Positions 13,133-26,714 of a DNA stretch of 64,000 nt are shown piece by piece. The translations under genes and the position numbers were made by a program. The notes under the pieces were generated by a model. It was not told the DNA's origin. It saw nothing but the letters and a program-made list of their open reading frames with translations, and made no database searches. The stretch covers positions 78,740,001-78,804,000 of the forward strand of contig NC_043006.1 in NCBI RefSeq assembly GCF_006345805.1, read 5' to 3'. The first letter of the stretch is position 1. Every line of letters begins with the position of its first letter. This stretch comes from Octopus sinensis (lineage: Eukaryota).

Positions 13133-13318
13133 TTTCTTTTCTACTCTAGGCACATGGCCTTGATTTTGTGGGGAGTTTTTAACTGGTACATAATTTATCG
13201 ACCCCGAAAGGATGAAAGGCGAAGTTGACCTCGGCGGAATTTGAACAAAGAACGTAGCGACAGGCGAAATACTGCTAAGTATTTCGCCCGGCGTGCTAAC
13301 GATTCTGCCAGCTCGCTG
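13133..13318 (-). mobile_element. SINE family A
   Basis: Near full-length copy. Confidence 0.8.
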
Positions 13319-14276
13319 CCTATACAATGTGACCACTATACCGAACTGACAATCAATGGCGGCCGGAATTGCTTCTATTATAATTGATTGGTTGATCAGT
13401 TTATTTTAGAGGAGAAGAAAAAAATCTGTTTCGCGTTAATTTATCTTTCTCTTCTTTAACCATGGGAGAGAAAGCAGTGTTCAATGTGATCTCATACCAG
13501 AGACCAGTCTCGAATTCTCGCTAAATGAACCCAAGATGCAATGTAGTGGTGTTAAGACGGATGTCGGACTAAGTGTGCCAAGTAGGAAGGCCGTAGAGGG
13601 ATTGGAAGTCAGGACTCAAAGAGCTGGTACTAATACTGCATGATGACCGTTCTGACGTATATACAGTCCTGCCAATTTATTGCCATTGGTTGGTATATTT
13701 TGTTAGCGACTTCGAAAAGATAAAAATTGAAGTTAACTTTGGCAGGATTCGAACTCAAAGTGTAGAGAGTGGTATAGAACGCTTCGTGGAATAAATACCA
13801 CAAGAAATTTTCTCCGGTACTCTACCGACTCTGCCACTTCGTAACAAAAAGAATTAATATTCCACTCATATTTAATCTAATTCTCATTTGTTTAGTAGCT
13901 AACGAAGCAAAAATCATAAGGTTTCAGTCCCAAATATATATTTTCTACCGCTATTTTAATGTAAAACTGTTTTATGAACGTATATTAATTTGATTTTAGT
14001 CAGACTGCTTTTCGCACTTGTCAGTAAATTCCTTGTTAACTGATTTTTGTATAGGAACAAGTATTTTTCGATTTAGATCAAAATATCCAGTTATTCACTG
14101 CAGACAGCAAATCTGGTCGGAACGCCTTGTCTGGTAGTCAACTGATGCTGTGAGCAAAGAGACATCTGTCTCTTTAAGATGTTTCTATGAGAGAAAATAT
14201 TTCAGCTAGTAGCATTCCACGGTTGTCGACACATCATAAGCATTATAGACGGCGGTATATATATTATATATATAAG

Positions 14277-14551
14277 AGAGGAGACCCCTTCAGTCATGAA
14301 CAAGTCCGGGCAAGGTTGTTTTATGGAAGGCCAGCAGTCGCCCATGCATACCAGCCTCCTTCTCCGCACCACTGATGTTATCCAAGGGAAAGGCCGATAC
14401 AGCTTGGCACCAGTGATGCCGCAACTCATTTCTATAGCTGAGTGAACTGGAGCAACGTGAAATAAAGTGTCTTACTCAAGAACACAACATGCAGCTCAGT
14501 CCGGGAATCAAACTCACAACCTCACGATCGTAACCTCGACGCTCTAACCAC
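14277..14551 (-). mobile_element. tRNA-derived SINE, family D-like head with a different tail
   Basis: GTGGTTAGAGCG...GAGTTTGATTCC; TTGTGTTCTTGAGTAAGACAC...TCACTCAGCT centre; tail differs from the 4260 and 12571 copies. Confidence 0.7.
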
Positions 14552-14557
14552 TCTCTT

Positions 14558-14627
<70 letters not shown>

Positions 14628-15109
14628 CAGAGAGAGAGAGAGAGAGAGAGACCGATATTTCAATCTACGTGAATATATATACATATACATACATATACAT
14701 ACATACACACACACATTTGGCTAGACGTATGATCGAAATCGAGCGAGGCTGGAAGTAGAAAGACAGAAAAAGCATGTTACAATTAGTTCATATCTTTACA
14801 GCTGTTTCGACTGATCAGTTAGTTGTTAACTGGTTACCCTTGATCTTCTGAAGAAAATGCTGTGGTTCTGCTCAAAACCAGCTGGTTTATGCATACTAAA
14901 ATTTGCTTTTATGCATAACAAAAAAGAAATTGCCTCAGTAGTGTAACTGCATTCATAATATGCATTGTTCTATCAACAAGAGAGAAAGCGCGAGAGAAAG
15001 AGAGGGGAGAGAGAAAGAGAGAAAGATGGACAAAGTGAGAGAAACACTAGAGACTCTATCGGTAAAGAGAAACACATTAGTAAAATAAATAAAGGGTGGA
15101 AAACGCTGG

Positions 15110-15160
<51 letters not shown>

Positions 15161-15506
15161 GTGATTAATTAATTGATTAATTAATTGATCATGTATCTTC
15201 AAATATATTGTGTTGTGTTTCATTGGATTGGTCTCCCCTTTTTACTTTTGAGCAATAGTAAAATGCTGATTGCTCCCCAACATGACTCCAATCGAATACA
15301 TTCACGCTCAAAGACATTTTTCGCTACGACTATCTCGTCGTATAATAGTATATTATGTTATGGTGTTAACGTCTCCTTCTTCTACGAGTGATTTGTTATT
15401 TCGAGCAGGTCGATGACCTCCTTCATTGCACCGTGAAAAGTGGATTATTGTCGCCATTTCAACAATAGAAAATAGGCAAGCTACTGCAAATAACGAGTAG
15501 TAGCAT

Positions 15507-15551
<45 letters not shown>

Positions 15552-15824
15552 AGATGGGTTTGGGGTTCGGGGTAGTGATGGTGGTGGTAATGGTGGTGGC
15601 GGTGATGGTGATGGTGCTGGTGGTGGTGTACGAAAGTACGCTCTGAGGCTGCGACGTCCGTCAAAATTTCTGTAGGAACAAAGACAAAGGTGAAACAGGC
15701 TGTGGTCCCTGAAATGCAGACTAGCTTATTAACCTTAATTTCGGTTCAAATACATTTGACACTTAATTTTCTCGGCCAAAGAAAAAGAAAAGTGAATGAA
15801 AAAGAAAAAAAAAACAGTTGACCT

Positions 15825-16485
15825 CAGCGCGATTTGAACTCAGAGCGTAAGAAGCCGGATCAAATACTGCAAAACGATTTTGCTGGACGATTTAATGATT
15901 CTAGAAATTCATCGACCTACAACTTGCTTGTCAGATAAGCACAAGCCTGAAAGTTTTGTGGAGAAGGGATTGATTAGTCGGTACAAACGACTCCAGCATT
16001 TGATTGGTTCTTTATTTTATCGATCTCTGGGGATTTGAACTCAGAACTTAAGGAGCAGGAAGTAACATTTACAAGAAAATTTTCGGTCACTCTTACGATT
16101 CTTATTTCTTTACTGCCCACAAGGGCCTACACATAGAAGAGAAAACCAACGACAGGCAAACGGATTAAATCGATTATATCGACTCCAGTGCGTAATTGGT
16201 ACTTATTTAATCGACCCGGAAAGGATGAAAGGCAAAGTCGACCTCTGCGAAATTTGAACTCAGAACGTACTAACGGCGGACGAAATACCTATTTCTTTAC
16301 TACCCACAAGAGGCTAAACATAGAGGGGACAAACAAGGACAAACAGATTAAGTCGATTATATCGACCCCAGTGGGTAACTGGTACTTATTTGATCGACCC
16401 GGAAAGGATGAAAGGCAAAGTCGACCTAGGCGGAATTTGAATTCAGAACGTAGCGGCAGACGAAATAACTATTTCTTTACTACCC
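15825..16485 (-). mobile_element. Tandem array of SINE family A (4-5 copies)
   Basis: Junctions at 16102/3, 16289/90 and 16469/70. Confidence 0.85.
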
Positions 16486-17062
16486 ACGGGGTAGGTGTGA
16501 GTGCAGGTGTGTGGGTGAATGTGGGCGTGTGCGAGTTTGGTGTGGTGTGTATGTGCCTTTGTGTCTGTATTCGCCGCTCACAACCACTTGACAACCGGTG
16601 TTGGTTTGTTTATGTTCCCACAATTTAATGGTTTCGCATAAGAGAATAAGCACCTGAATGTAAAGATAAGTACTGGTGTCGATGCCCTCCAGAAAAATCT
16701 AAAGGGCGGCGAACCAGCATGACTTCAAAGATAGAATTTGAAGGAGAAAAGACTCACTGGGGTGGCGTGTGTATGTGTCGGAAAGAAATCTTTTCATTAT
16801 GTTTTTTTCAATACTTTGGGGGTATTTTTTTTTTTTGCGTTCTCATGTTGCACTGAGTAACATTAACGAAATCTCCTAATGTTCATATTTCTCAAGTATT
16901 TTCATATTTAATCAGTCAAGTATAAAATAGATAAAAAAAAAAGGCGCGCGCACACACACACGTACATATACACGCGTGGAAAATATAATCAGAGACATAC
17001 ACACACCCCTTCATATATAACTTAGGTGTTGGCACTATTCACCCAGACCATGCCTGGAATTG

Positions 17063-17190
17063 CCTATATAGGTATGCAGTGTTGTGTATGTGCATATATG
17101 TGTATGTGCAGTGTTGTGTATGTGCCTATATAGGTATGCAGTGTTGTGTATGTGCATATAGGTATGCAGTGTTGTGTATGTGCATACCTA
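17063..17190. repeat. ~28-30-bp minisatellite (tataggtatgcagtgttgtgtatgtgca)
   Basis: Four imperfect units. Confidence 0.85.
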
Positions 17191-17206
17191 TATATATATA
17201 TATATA

Positions 17207-17291
17207 CTTTATTTAAAGCAGCAGAAAATTCAACAAAATCTGAAACTCAGAGTAACAGATTTTGTTGAATTTTCTGCTGCTTTAAATAAAG
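17207..17291. repeat. Perfect 36-bp fold-back with 13-nt spacer
   Basis: 17207-17242 is the reverse complement of 17256-17291. Confidence 0.9.
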
Positions 17292-17360
17292 CATATTACT
17301 CTACCACTGGTATTTGAGTACTCTTTTTTCCACCTTGTTTCACATTTATGTGTTTACTCC

Positions 17361-17397
<37 letters not shown>

Positions 17398-17449
17398 CAG
17401 AGATACCCAGCGTTGTTCGGAATTAAAATGGCATAGATTTTTTGGGGCT

Positions 17450-17670
17450 GTTTTACTTGTTTCAGTCATGTGACAGTGGCCATACTGAAGCACCAACTTT
17501 AGTCGAACAAACTGACTCCAGGATTTTTTCCTTGTAGGCCTAGTACTTATTCTATCGGTGTCTTTTGCCGAGCTGCTAAGTTACGGGGACGTAAACACAG
17601 CAACACCGGTTGTGAAGCGATATTTGGGGTACAAATACAGACGCACACACACAAATATACACATATATAC
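17450..17670 (-). mobile_element. SINE family B, 3' half
   Basis: Family B tail sequence. Confidence 0.75.
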
Positions 17671-17971
17671 GACAGTCCTCTTTCATGTATATATATATAT
17701 ATACACACATGTTTATATGTATATATATACGTGTGTGTGTGTGTGTGTGTGCGTGTATGTATATATATATTATTTTATTTATGTATCACATCTAAACTAA
17801 CTATGACAACCATCCTCTCACACCGTCTCCGATGAAGGCATATAATTAATAAATATCCTGGAAACAGTTGTAAGACCTTCTATCTATAAATGTTCTAATA
17901 TTTACACAGCCGTGGGATTTTTTTTATCTCATTACGCAAAAAGTTCATATATATATATACACAGACATATA

Positions 17972-18028
<57 letters not shown>

Positions 18029-19397
18029 ACTATATATATAGTAAAGTTTCTTTGTTTATTGTATAGGCACTACTCAGAAATGCTATGACCCGAGACGCAA
18101 AAGTAAAAATATGTTAACGAGAATTTCAGATAGGCTTAACAATTTATTTATACATATATATCCTGCCATAGATCGATGCATATCAGTCTTTAAAATATAC
18201 CAGTGTATCAGTCGTTAAAATATTACAATATTTTTTTTAATTCATGGATACATAACTATATAAACATCTAATATACATGTATAAATAGATGAGTGTAAAG
18301 TCTTTCGAAGAACGAATAAAAGAATTTTGTAGCGTTGGTCTTCTTCTTCTTCCAATCAGGACTCACGCCATTAGCCACAAAGAATAATCTCTAATTCGAG
18401 CCTACTCTAAGCTACTAAGAATGCGTGTGGCAACTTGAAGATCTACCCACAACACGCGATAGACTGGCGGTTGAACGGGCGCGAAAGCTATGTTGTTATC
18501 CTCATTCCGTAAACGGTGGCTTTTTTAACAGGTGGAGAGCTGAACCATCCTGGGGTACAGAGGATTCGCAATCTAGACTAGGGTCTGAAAGTTTACCGCA
18601 CCATAGTGGGTTACACCATGGTCCCTCTGCTTTGTGGCAGAAGATGGAAGAGAGAGTGAGAGAAAGTTGTGGTGAAAGAGTACTTCGGAGTTCACCATCC
18701 ACCCTGCTGGAGCCTCGTTGAGCTAAGGTGTTTTTGCTCAGTAAAAACTCACGATGCCCGGTCTGGGAATCGAAACCGCGTTCTTACGACCGCGAGTCGG
18801 CTGCCCTAACCACTGGGCCACTGCGCCTCCACTAGCGTTGAGGCTGGAACATTTCAAGAAAGAATAAGTAAGATTATTAAATATTCTCTCGGATTATTTA
18901 CTAATGTTTATTGAAATATTCCAACCATAACGCTGCGATGTTCTTTTATCTGCTCTTCGGAAGACATTACTTTATTCACCTCTTTGTAAGAGTATACTTT
19001 TATTCGAAATGATTTTTATTCTTTTCTATTCTAGGCACAAATCCCGAAATTTTTGGGGAGGTGGGTGCCAGTGCGTGTTCAATATAAAATGGTATAATAA
19101 CTGAAGACGAAAATCATTTGATCAGAGAGTGTAAGTATTTTGGATATTTTTTCAGAAGCAATAGAGCTGTGTGTATCGCTCACCGTCGTACACTGAGTAT
19201 AACGACTACAATATTTTCTGCTCATACCTGTATTTGTTTAATGTATTTTTATTATTTTCTATAGTGTCTATTTAAGTCTGCAAACTTAAATTTCACTTTC
19301 AGATATGGTATCCAATATGTTTATTGGCTTTGTATGCGTGCATACATGTATGGATCAATCTATACAAATATGTATGTATGTATATATGTATTCCATT

Positions 19398-19790
19398 ACT
19401 GCGTTTTATTTCAAGTTTTTTTGCCAATAGGGAAAGAGCTGGTTTCTCAAGATTAGTATTTAGGCACTGTGCTACATATCACAGTGGCCCATTAATTACA
19501 GGTATAAGTCTGAATTTGAAATCTGGGTAGAGTAATTATAGGTTTCTCAATAGTTCAGCGTAGGTATCCTCTTTTTCGCTGACCTGCAGCTTTATGTAAA
19601 TATCCGCTGGGGAGCTGATTTGCACAGCTGTACACTGTTTTTTTCTCTATCTCAAATCATTATATTAGGTCTCTTGCGTTTACATTTTATAGAGGTTTTC
19701 ACTGGGACATTCCACCAGTATTCATTTTTATCATGAGTAGCTGTGGCTATGGCTTCCTCTATATTGTGGGTTCTTATTTATTTGTTCTTG
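19398..19790 (-). mobile_element. RLE-type (R4/Dong-like) non-LTR retrotransposon 3' fragment, copy 2
   Basis: EYWWNVPVKTSIKCKRKRPNIMI...EKEDTYAELLRNL (RPD...K...Y restriction-like endonuclease signature), family tail, then (TACA)n. Confidence 0.75.
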
Positions 19791-19832
19791 GGTTTATCCT
19801 ATGTATGTATGTATTATGTATGTGTGCATGTA

Positions 19833-19863
<31 letters not shown>

Positions 19864-19882
19864 TATATGTTTGTATGTATGT

Positions 19883-20663
19883 CATTATGCAGTTTATTTC
19901 AAGATTTCTTGCCAATAGAGAAGATGCCAGTTTCTAACCTAGATCCAAGGCTCCTTCATTGAAATTTTAACAACATAAATAGGGGCTTTGCATGTATGTA
20001 TGTGCATGTGCAGTATTTGGAGTCAGTACATATGCAGATTTGTATGTTTTGTTTTCTGTATGTATTCTCATGTGTGTAGTTGTATGTCTAGACATACGCA
20101 TATATTCTTAAATGATAAACCTCTGGAAAGTTTTACAAAATATTTACAAGTCCAGTAATGGCTTGGACATGTAGCCTTCGAATCAGCTTTGTCCATTCTG
20201 GTTTTGAGGAGCCTAATTTCACAAATTTGGTACTTATGCAGTGTGTTACGTATCCCAGTGCCCCAATAATTACAGGTATAAACCTGAATGTGTAAACTGG
20301 GTAGAGTAACTGCAGATTTCTCAATAATTCAGCGTAGATATTTTCTACTTCACCGATCTTTAGCTTTATGTTCACACTCGTTGGGCAGCTTACTCACACT
20401 ACCATACACAGTTTCTCCTCTCCGTCCCAAATCACCATGTCAGGTCTGTGGTGTTTACATTTTACTGAGGTTTACACTGGGACATTCCACCAGTACTCCT
20501 TCTTATGAGTGGCAATAGCCTCTACCATACCGTGGGTTCTTATTTCTTTAGCTTTGGAATTATCCTTCCGACGGATCTCATTATACAATGTCCTGACTAC
20601 AACATTATGTGTCATCGGTAGATAATACCGCGATGACGTTTTTGGACAACTGCTTATGATGGG
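19883..20663 (-). mobile_element. RLE-type (R4/Dong-like) non-LTR retrotransposon, 5'-truncated, copy 1
   Basis: QDITPIISSCPKTSSRYYLPMTHNVV (zinc-knuckle end), EYWWNVPV...KHHRPDMVIWD...KLKIGEVENIYAELLRNLQLLYP...IPVIIGALG; 3'UTR ends in (TACA)n. Confidence 0.85.
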
Positions 20664-21328
20664 GGTAATGTCTTGTATGTATGTATGTATGTATGTATGT
20701 ATGTATGTATGTATGTATGTATGCATCCATACATGTATGTATGTATGTATGTATGTATGTATGTATGTATGTATGCATCCATACATGTATGTATGTATGT
20801 ATGTATGTGTGTATGTATGCATACATCCATACATGTATGTATGTATGTATGTATGTTTTATCACGTCACTCTTAATGCTTTTGGTAACATGTAACCCAAT
20901 ACAAACTGTGGCATAATCTGGAAGTCGACGATTAGGCAGGTACCCTTACAAACCTGCTCTGTAGAGGCGCCAATCGTGATCCCAGTCATGTAGACAAATT
21001 CTTTGTGAACAAACGCATGCATTGTATAGAGAATTAGCTCTGCACAATGTCACTTCTATCTTTAAAATGTTTCCGGCCCAGTCATAGATTTATGTCTGAC
21101 GTCTTTATTGACACCTCTGTGATGTGTTGCTTACTATGTCTACTCAAAGCGGAAAAAGGCAAAACATTGAATGAAAAAAATGTGTCAACGTAGGTGATGA
21201 ACTCTCAATACCTACTGCAAGAATCGCCTTTTGTTGTCACATCTGTGCAAAAGCGTGTACGTCCCTACAAGACACTATATACATTATTTACATTTGACAG
21301 ATATTTTTCCTCATCTTGTTTGTATGTT

Positions 21329-21374
21329 AACACAATGTTTCGGTTGATATACTCTCCAGCCTTCATCAGGTGTC
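21329..21374 (-). ncRNA. Minimal type-I hammerhead ribozyme motif in the PLE 3' repeat
   Basis: GACAC CTGATGA A GGCTG-10nt-CAACC GAAAC ATT|GTGTT. One stem II mismatch and an AUU triplet relative to the 40134 copy. Confidence 0.75.
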
Positions 21375-21492
21375 GTGGGGAACTTTCGAACCTGGGTTCT
21401 CGTTCCTAAGGTATTTTTTTCGATGTTATAATAATAATAATAATAATAATTATTATTATTATTATTATTATCATTATTATTATTATTATTCA

Positions 21493-21565
21493 CGTCACTA
21501 CCTGGAATCGAACTCGGAATCTTGGGGTTAGTAGCCCGCGCTCTTCACTACCACGCCATATGCCC
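21493..21565 (-). promoter_or_regulatory. tRNA-derived head (Pol III A/B boxes) 22 nt downstream of the PLE stop codon
   Basis: GGGCATATGGCGTGGTAGTG (A box), anticodon-like loop CT-ACT-AA, GAGTTCGATTCC (B box). Confidence 0.75.
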
Positions 21566-23786
21566 ATATGGAGTGAGTTTTAGGGCTTATAAATCTAATA
21601 TTTTCCTATCCTTTCTTAATACCGGTTCCCATGTACTTTTCATAACTGCACTTGGTCTGCTTAGGAGGTTGTTATTTCCTAGCATATGTGCTTCTTTCAG
21701 TTTTCGTATTTTCCAGTGGTGTTTCCTGTCTATTATTTCAACTTCATCCTACAGGGGAAGGTGGTCTCCATTTTTCCATACATGATAAGCTATACCCGAT
21801 TTATAAATATCTCCTCGTGTCAGAGCTTTGCTATGTTCATCTACCCTTATTTTCAGGGGGCGGCATGTTTGGTTTTTGTATAACCTACCACAGCTGCATG
21901 GGATGGAGTACATGCTGTGTTTGGTCATATTCTCTTCTATTGGTGGGTTTACTCGAAGGAGATATTTGCGAAGTGTTGTATTACTCTTGATACTGTCCTG
22001 GTGCCATATGGGCTGCATATCTTTTGTATCTTTTCGGAGAGGCCTTTCACATAGGTCAGGCAGACTGTGGACCGTTTATTGGTTTCATCCTCTCTTTTCA
22101 TCATAATTTGAGTGGATAGTATGTTTTTGGCGTAGTGGTTGCTTAATAGATTGTTACTGAGCCTGATCATTTCTTTGTGGTGGGTATCACGATCGCTACT
22201 TATATTCTTTGCTCGATGTTTTAGGCACTGAGCAATCCCTCTCTTTACACTGTATAGATGGTGGGTGTTAATGTTGAGGTATCGCCCAGTGAAGGTCGGC
22301 TTGCGGTATGCGGATGTCCTAAATCCATACTTGGTGTGTGTTATTAATACGTCCAGGAATGCTAGCTGATTCTCATTTTCCTTTTCCATTGTGAACTGTA
22401 TGGATGGCTTTATTGAGTTCACATGACCTAACAGCACTTGGACATCTTCCTGGTGGGGGCAGAGTATAAAGGTATTATCAACATATCGCAGCCATAGTGT
22501 TGGTTTTAGTGGTGTTGATCCTAAAGCCAAATTCTCAAAGTATTCCATTGGCTATTATCGGTGATAATGGCGAACCCATAGCTAAACCCTCTTCTTGTCG
22601 ATATATATCAGTGTCCATACAGAAGTAGGTAGTTTCTACACATAAGGTCAATATTTCCATTAAGTTTCTTATTGGTATACTAGTGCGTTCTTTAGATGAG
22701 TGTCTGTCACTAGTTTCTCTTGAATCACTGATAGTGCTTCACCAGTTGGGACCTTGGTGAACAAACTTATCACATCTGGACTCACCATCTGGGGTATCCT
22801 TGATCAATTCTGTGAAGTGGGTGGAATTCTACACGAACGATGTTGACATTCCTGTTAATGGACTGATTATATCCACACGGAAGCGGTTCAGTGGATGACA
22901 TGCTGAACCTCTACAGCTCACTATAGGTCTTAATGGAATTCCATCCTTGTGAATCTTGTGTTGAGTCAGTTGTCTGTACTTCATTCGTGTAAAGTGATCC
23001 TTATTCTTGATCAAGATCTGTGACAACTTCCTCTCTGTTTTCAGAGTTAGGTCTTTCTTTACTTTGCTATAGCTACCATCACTTATAAGACTTGCCAATT
23101 TTTCAGAGTAGTCAGACTTGTTCATCACCACTGTAGCATTTCCCTTGTCCGCTAGAAGTATTATGGAATTGTCACTCTGTAGTCTTTTGATAGCGAACGT
23201 TTCTTCCTTAGTGATGTTTGGTTTGGGAAGTTTTGCTTTTTCCAGTACCTATCTCACTTTCCACCTTAGTTCATCTCCCCGAGCTTTTGGTATTTTTACG
23301 GCTATCTCTTCAATACGGCCTATTATGTCCAAGTATGGAATTCGCTTGATGGTTGTCGCAAAGTTAAGACCATTGTTTAGTACTGCTTCTTCAGATCTTT
23401 CTAGATGTCGGCTCTTTACATTAATTACTGCTTTCAAAGTTGGGTAACGGACTTCAGTCTTCGTGCTCTGACCTTTGAGTTTCATAAACTTCTTAAACCG
23501 GCGTGTCTTCACTATTTCAAATTCTTTCATGTACGACTTTTCCAGATCTTGTTGGATTCTCTTTTTATCATCATCTCTGGTTATTTTCCTAAGTAATGGA
23601 GATAACCTCTCTTTGATCCCGTTATTTAGTTGATGTTTTTTTTCCAACAGTTGTAATGGATCCTCTCACGGATGAGGGTATGTCCTGCCCTTTCCGCTAC
23701 TCTTCTAGCTTTATATGAATCCACTGGTGTCGTTATATTCAAGCCAGGTGGTATTAGCTTTAAGTCTCTACATCTACACAGCAAAG

Positions 23787-23824
<38 letters not shown>

Positions 23825-23904
23825 AAGTGGAGTTGTAGGGTACCGCACGAGTGGAATTATATACGAAAGAAGGTTTGAAAATGCAATTTTAAAAGATGTT
23901 TATT

Positions 23905-23947
23905 TACTTTACCGGTTTCACTTTTTGGAAAAAGATTGTGAAAAGCA
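23905..23947 (-). ncRNA. Degenerate U3-A8-type hammerhead motif in a solo PLE-like terminal repeat
   Basis: TGCTT TTCACAA TCTTTTT-CC-AAAAAGT GAAAC CG GTA|AAGTA; 5-bp stem I; G5 is mutated to C. Confidence 0.55.
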
Positions 23948-24214
23948 ACATGTATTAAAAAGTTCTGTGGGATATTGGTATTGTATCTGTATACTCAAAC
24001 ACGCACAGAATATTGGTTGTCACAGAGTACTACAATACATATATATATACATTCTTTGGTGACAAGAGCATGTTAAGAACATAAAAAAGTTTAACAAGTT
24101 CATTGAAATATTGGAGACAAAAGATTACAACAAATATATACATTCTCAAAAAAAGTAAAAGATAATTTCCAGAAGGAATTATTAAAAAGTTCAGTGGAAT
24201 ATTGGTATACACAT

Positions 24215-24714
<500 letters not shown>

Positions 24715-24910
24715 ATATGCATGCATTTACGTATGTAATGTATGTATGTATGTATGTATGTATGTATGTATGTATGTACGTGTGCATGGACATAGGCATA
24801 ACTACGTAGTGAAGAAACCATCGTACCCAGGGTGGGTCTATCACATATGTATCTGTATATACGCACGCGCACACACCTACTCAGGCTAAGTTTTTCCAAC
24901 TGTCTCTATA

Positions 24911-24958
<48 letters not shown>

Positions 24959-25206
24959 ATTTATTTAGATTGATATTTGTTTATGTCTAACCTCCTTTCT
25001 CGTTGGTCTTGTATGTTTTTTGTTTAATCTCTTAAACTATTTATGTACCCCTCTCTATATGTTAATCAGTCTCTTTTTGACTCTTACTGCTCCTTGTCAC
25101 CCTCCCACTGCTTTATAGTCTCCTACCTTCATTATATCTTGTCAAAATCTTGCTTTCTCTTTGTCTGTGCTTGTCTTGTCTACCCATTGTTCTGCCTACT
25201 TTTTGT

Positions 25207-26368
<1,162 letters not shown>

Positions 26369-26523
26369 TATATATATATATATATATATATATATTTGAG
26401 TAGTTGAATGAATTACCTTGTTATGGATAATTCGGTTAACCGATACCTGGGTAGCAAATTCACATCAGAGAAGACACGTTTGAAGTTACGTGCTTTCGTG
26501 TGGAAATTTGTATGTTTTTTTAA

Positions 26524-26636
26524 ATATAAATATATGAAAGAATGGAGTTGAACGACGAATTAACAAAATTCCTTTGTTATGTCGAAAATAAAGGAATTTT
26601 GTTAATTCGTCGTTCAACTCCATTCTTTCATATATT

Positions 26637-26641
<5 letters not shown>
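26524..26641. repeat. Perfect 52-bp fold-back with 14-nt spacer next to (TA)n
   Basis: 26524-26575 is the reverse complement of 26590-26641. Confidence 0.9.
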
Positions 26642-26712
<71 letters not shown>

Positions 26713-26714
26713 TA

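Larger units (their letters stand above)
21281..23785 (-). mobile_element. Penelope-like element (Penelope/Poseidon type; RT plus C-terminal GIY-YIG), frameshifted, with 3' terminal repeat
   Basis: RCRDLKLIPPGL...LIRERI, VLNNGLNFA, KIHKDGIPLRPIVS, VSPDVISLFTKVP, GLAMGSPLSP, WLRYVDNTF (YVDD to YVDN), RKPTFTGRYL, MYSIPCSCGRLY...RPLKIRVDEH, HWKIRKLKEAH...KILDL* with stop at 21587-21589. Confidence 0.95.

Noticed and set aside
21493-21565. Genuine tRNA gene (anticodon ACT)
   Set aside because: No pairing acceptor-stem 3' half or T-run terminator; it continues into (AAT)n and a repeat tail, so it is a tRNA-derived head.
21949-22548. Functional Penelope reverse transcriptase
   Set aside because: YVDD is mutated to YVDN and the ORF is broken by several frameshifts and stops.
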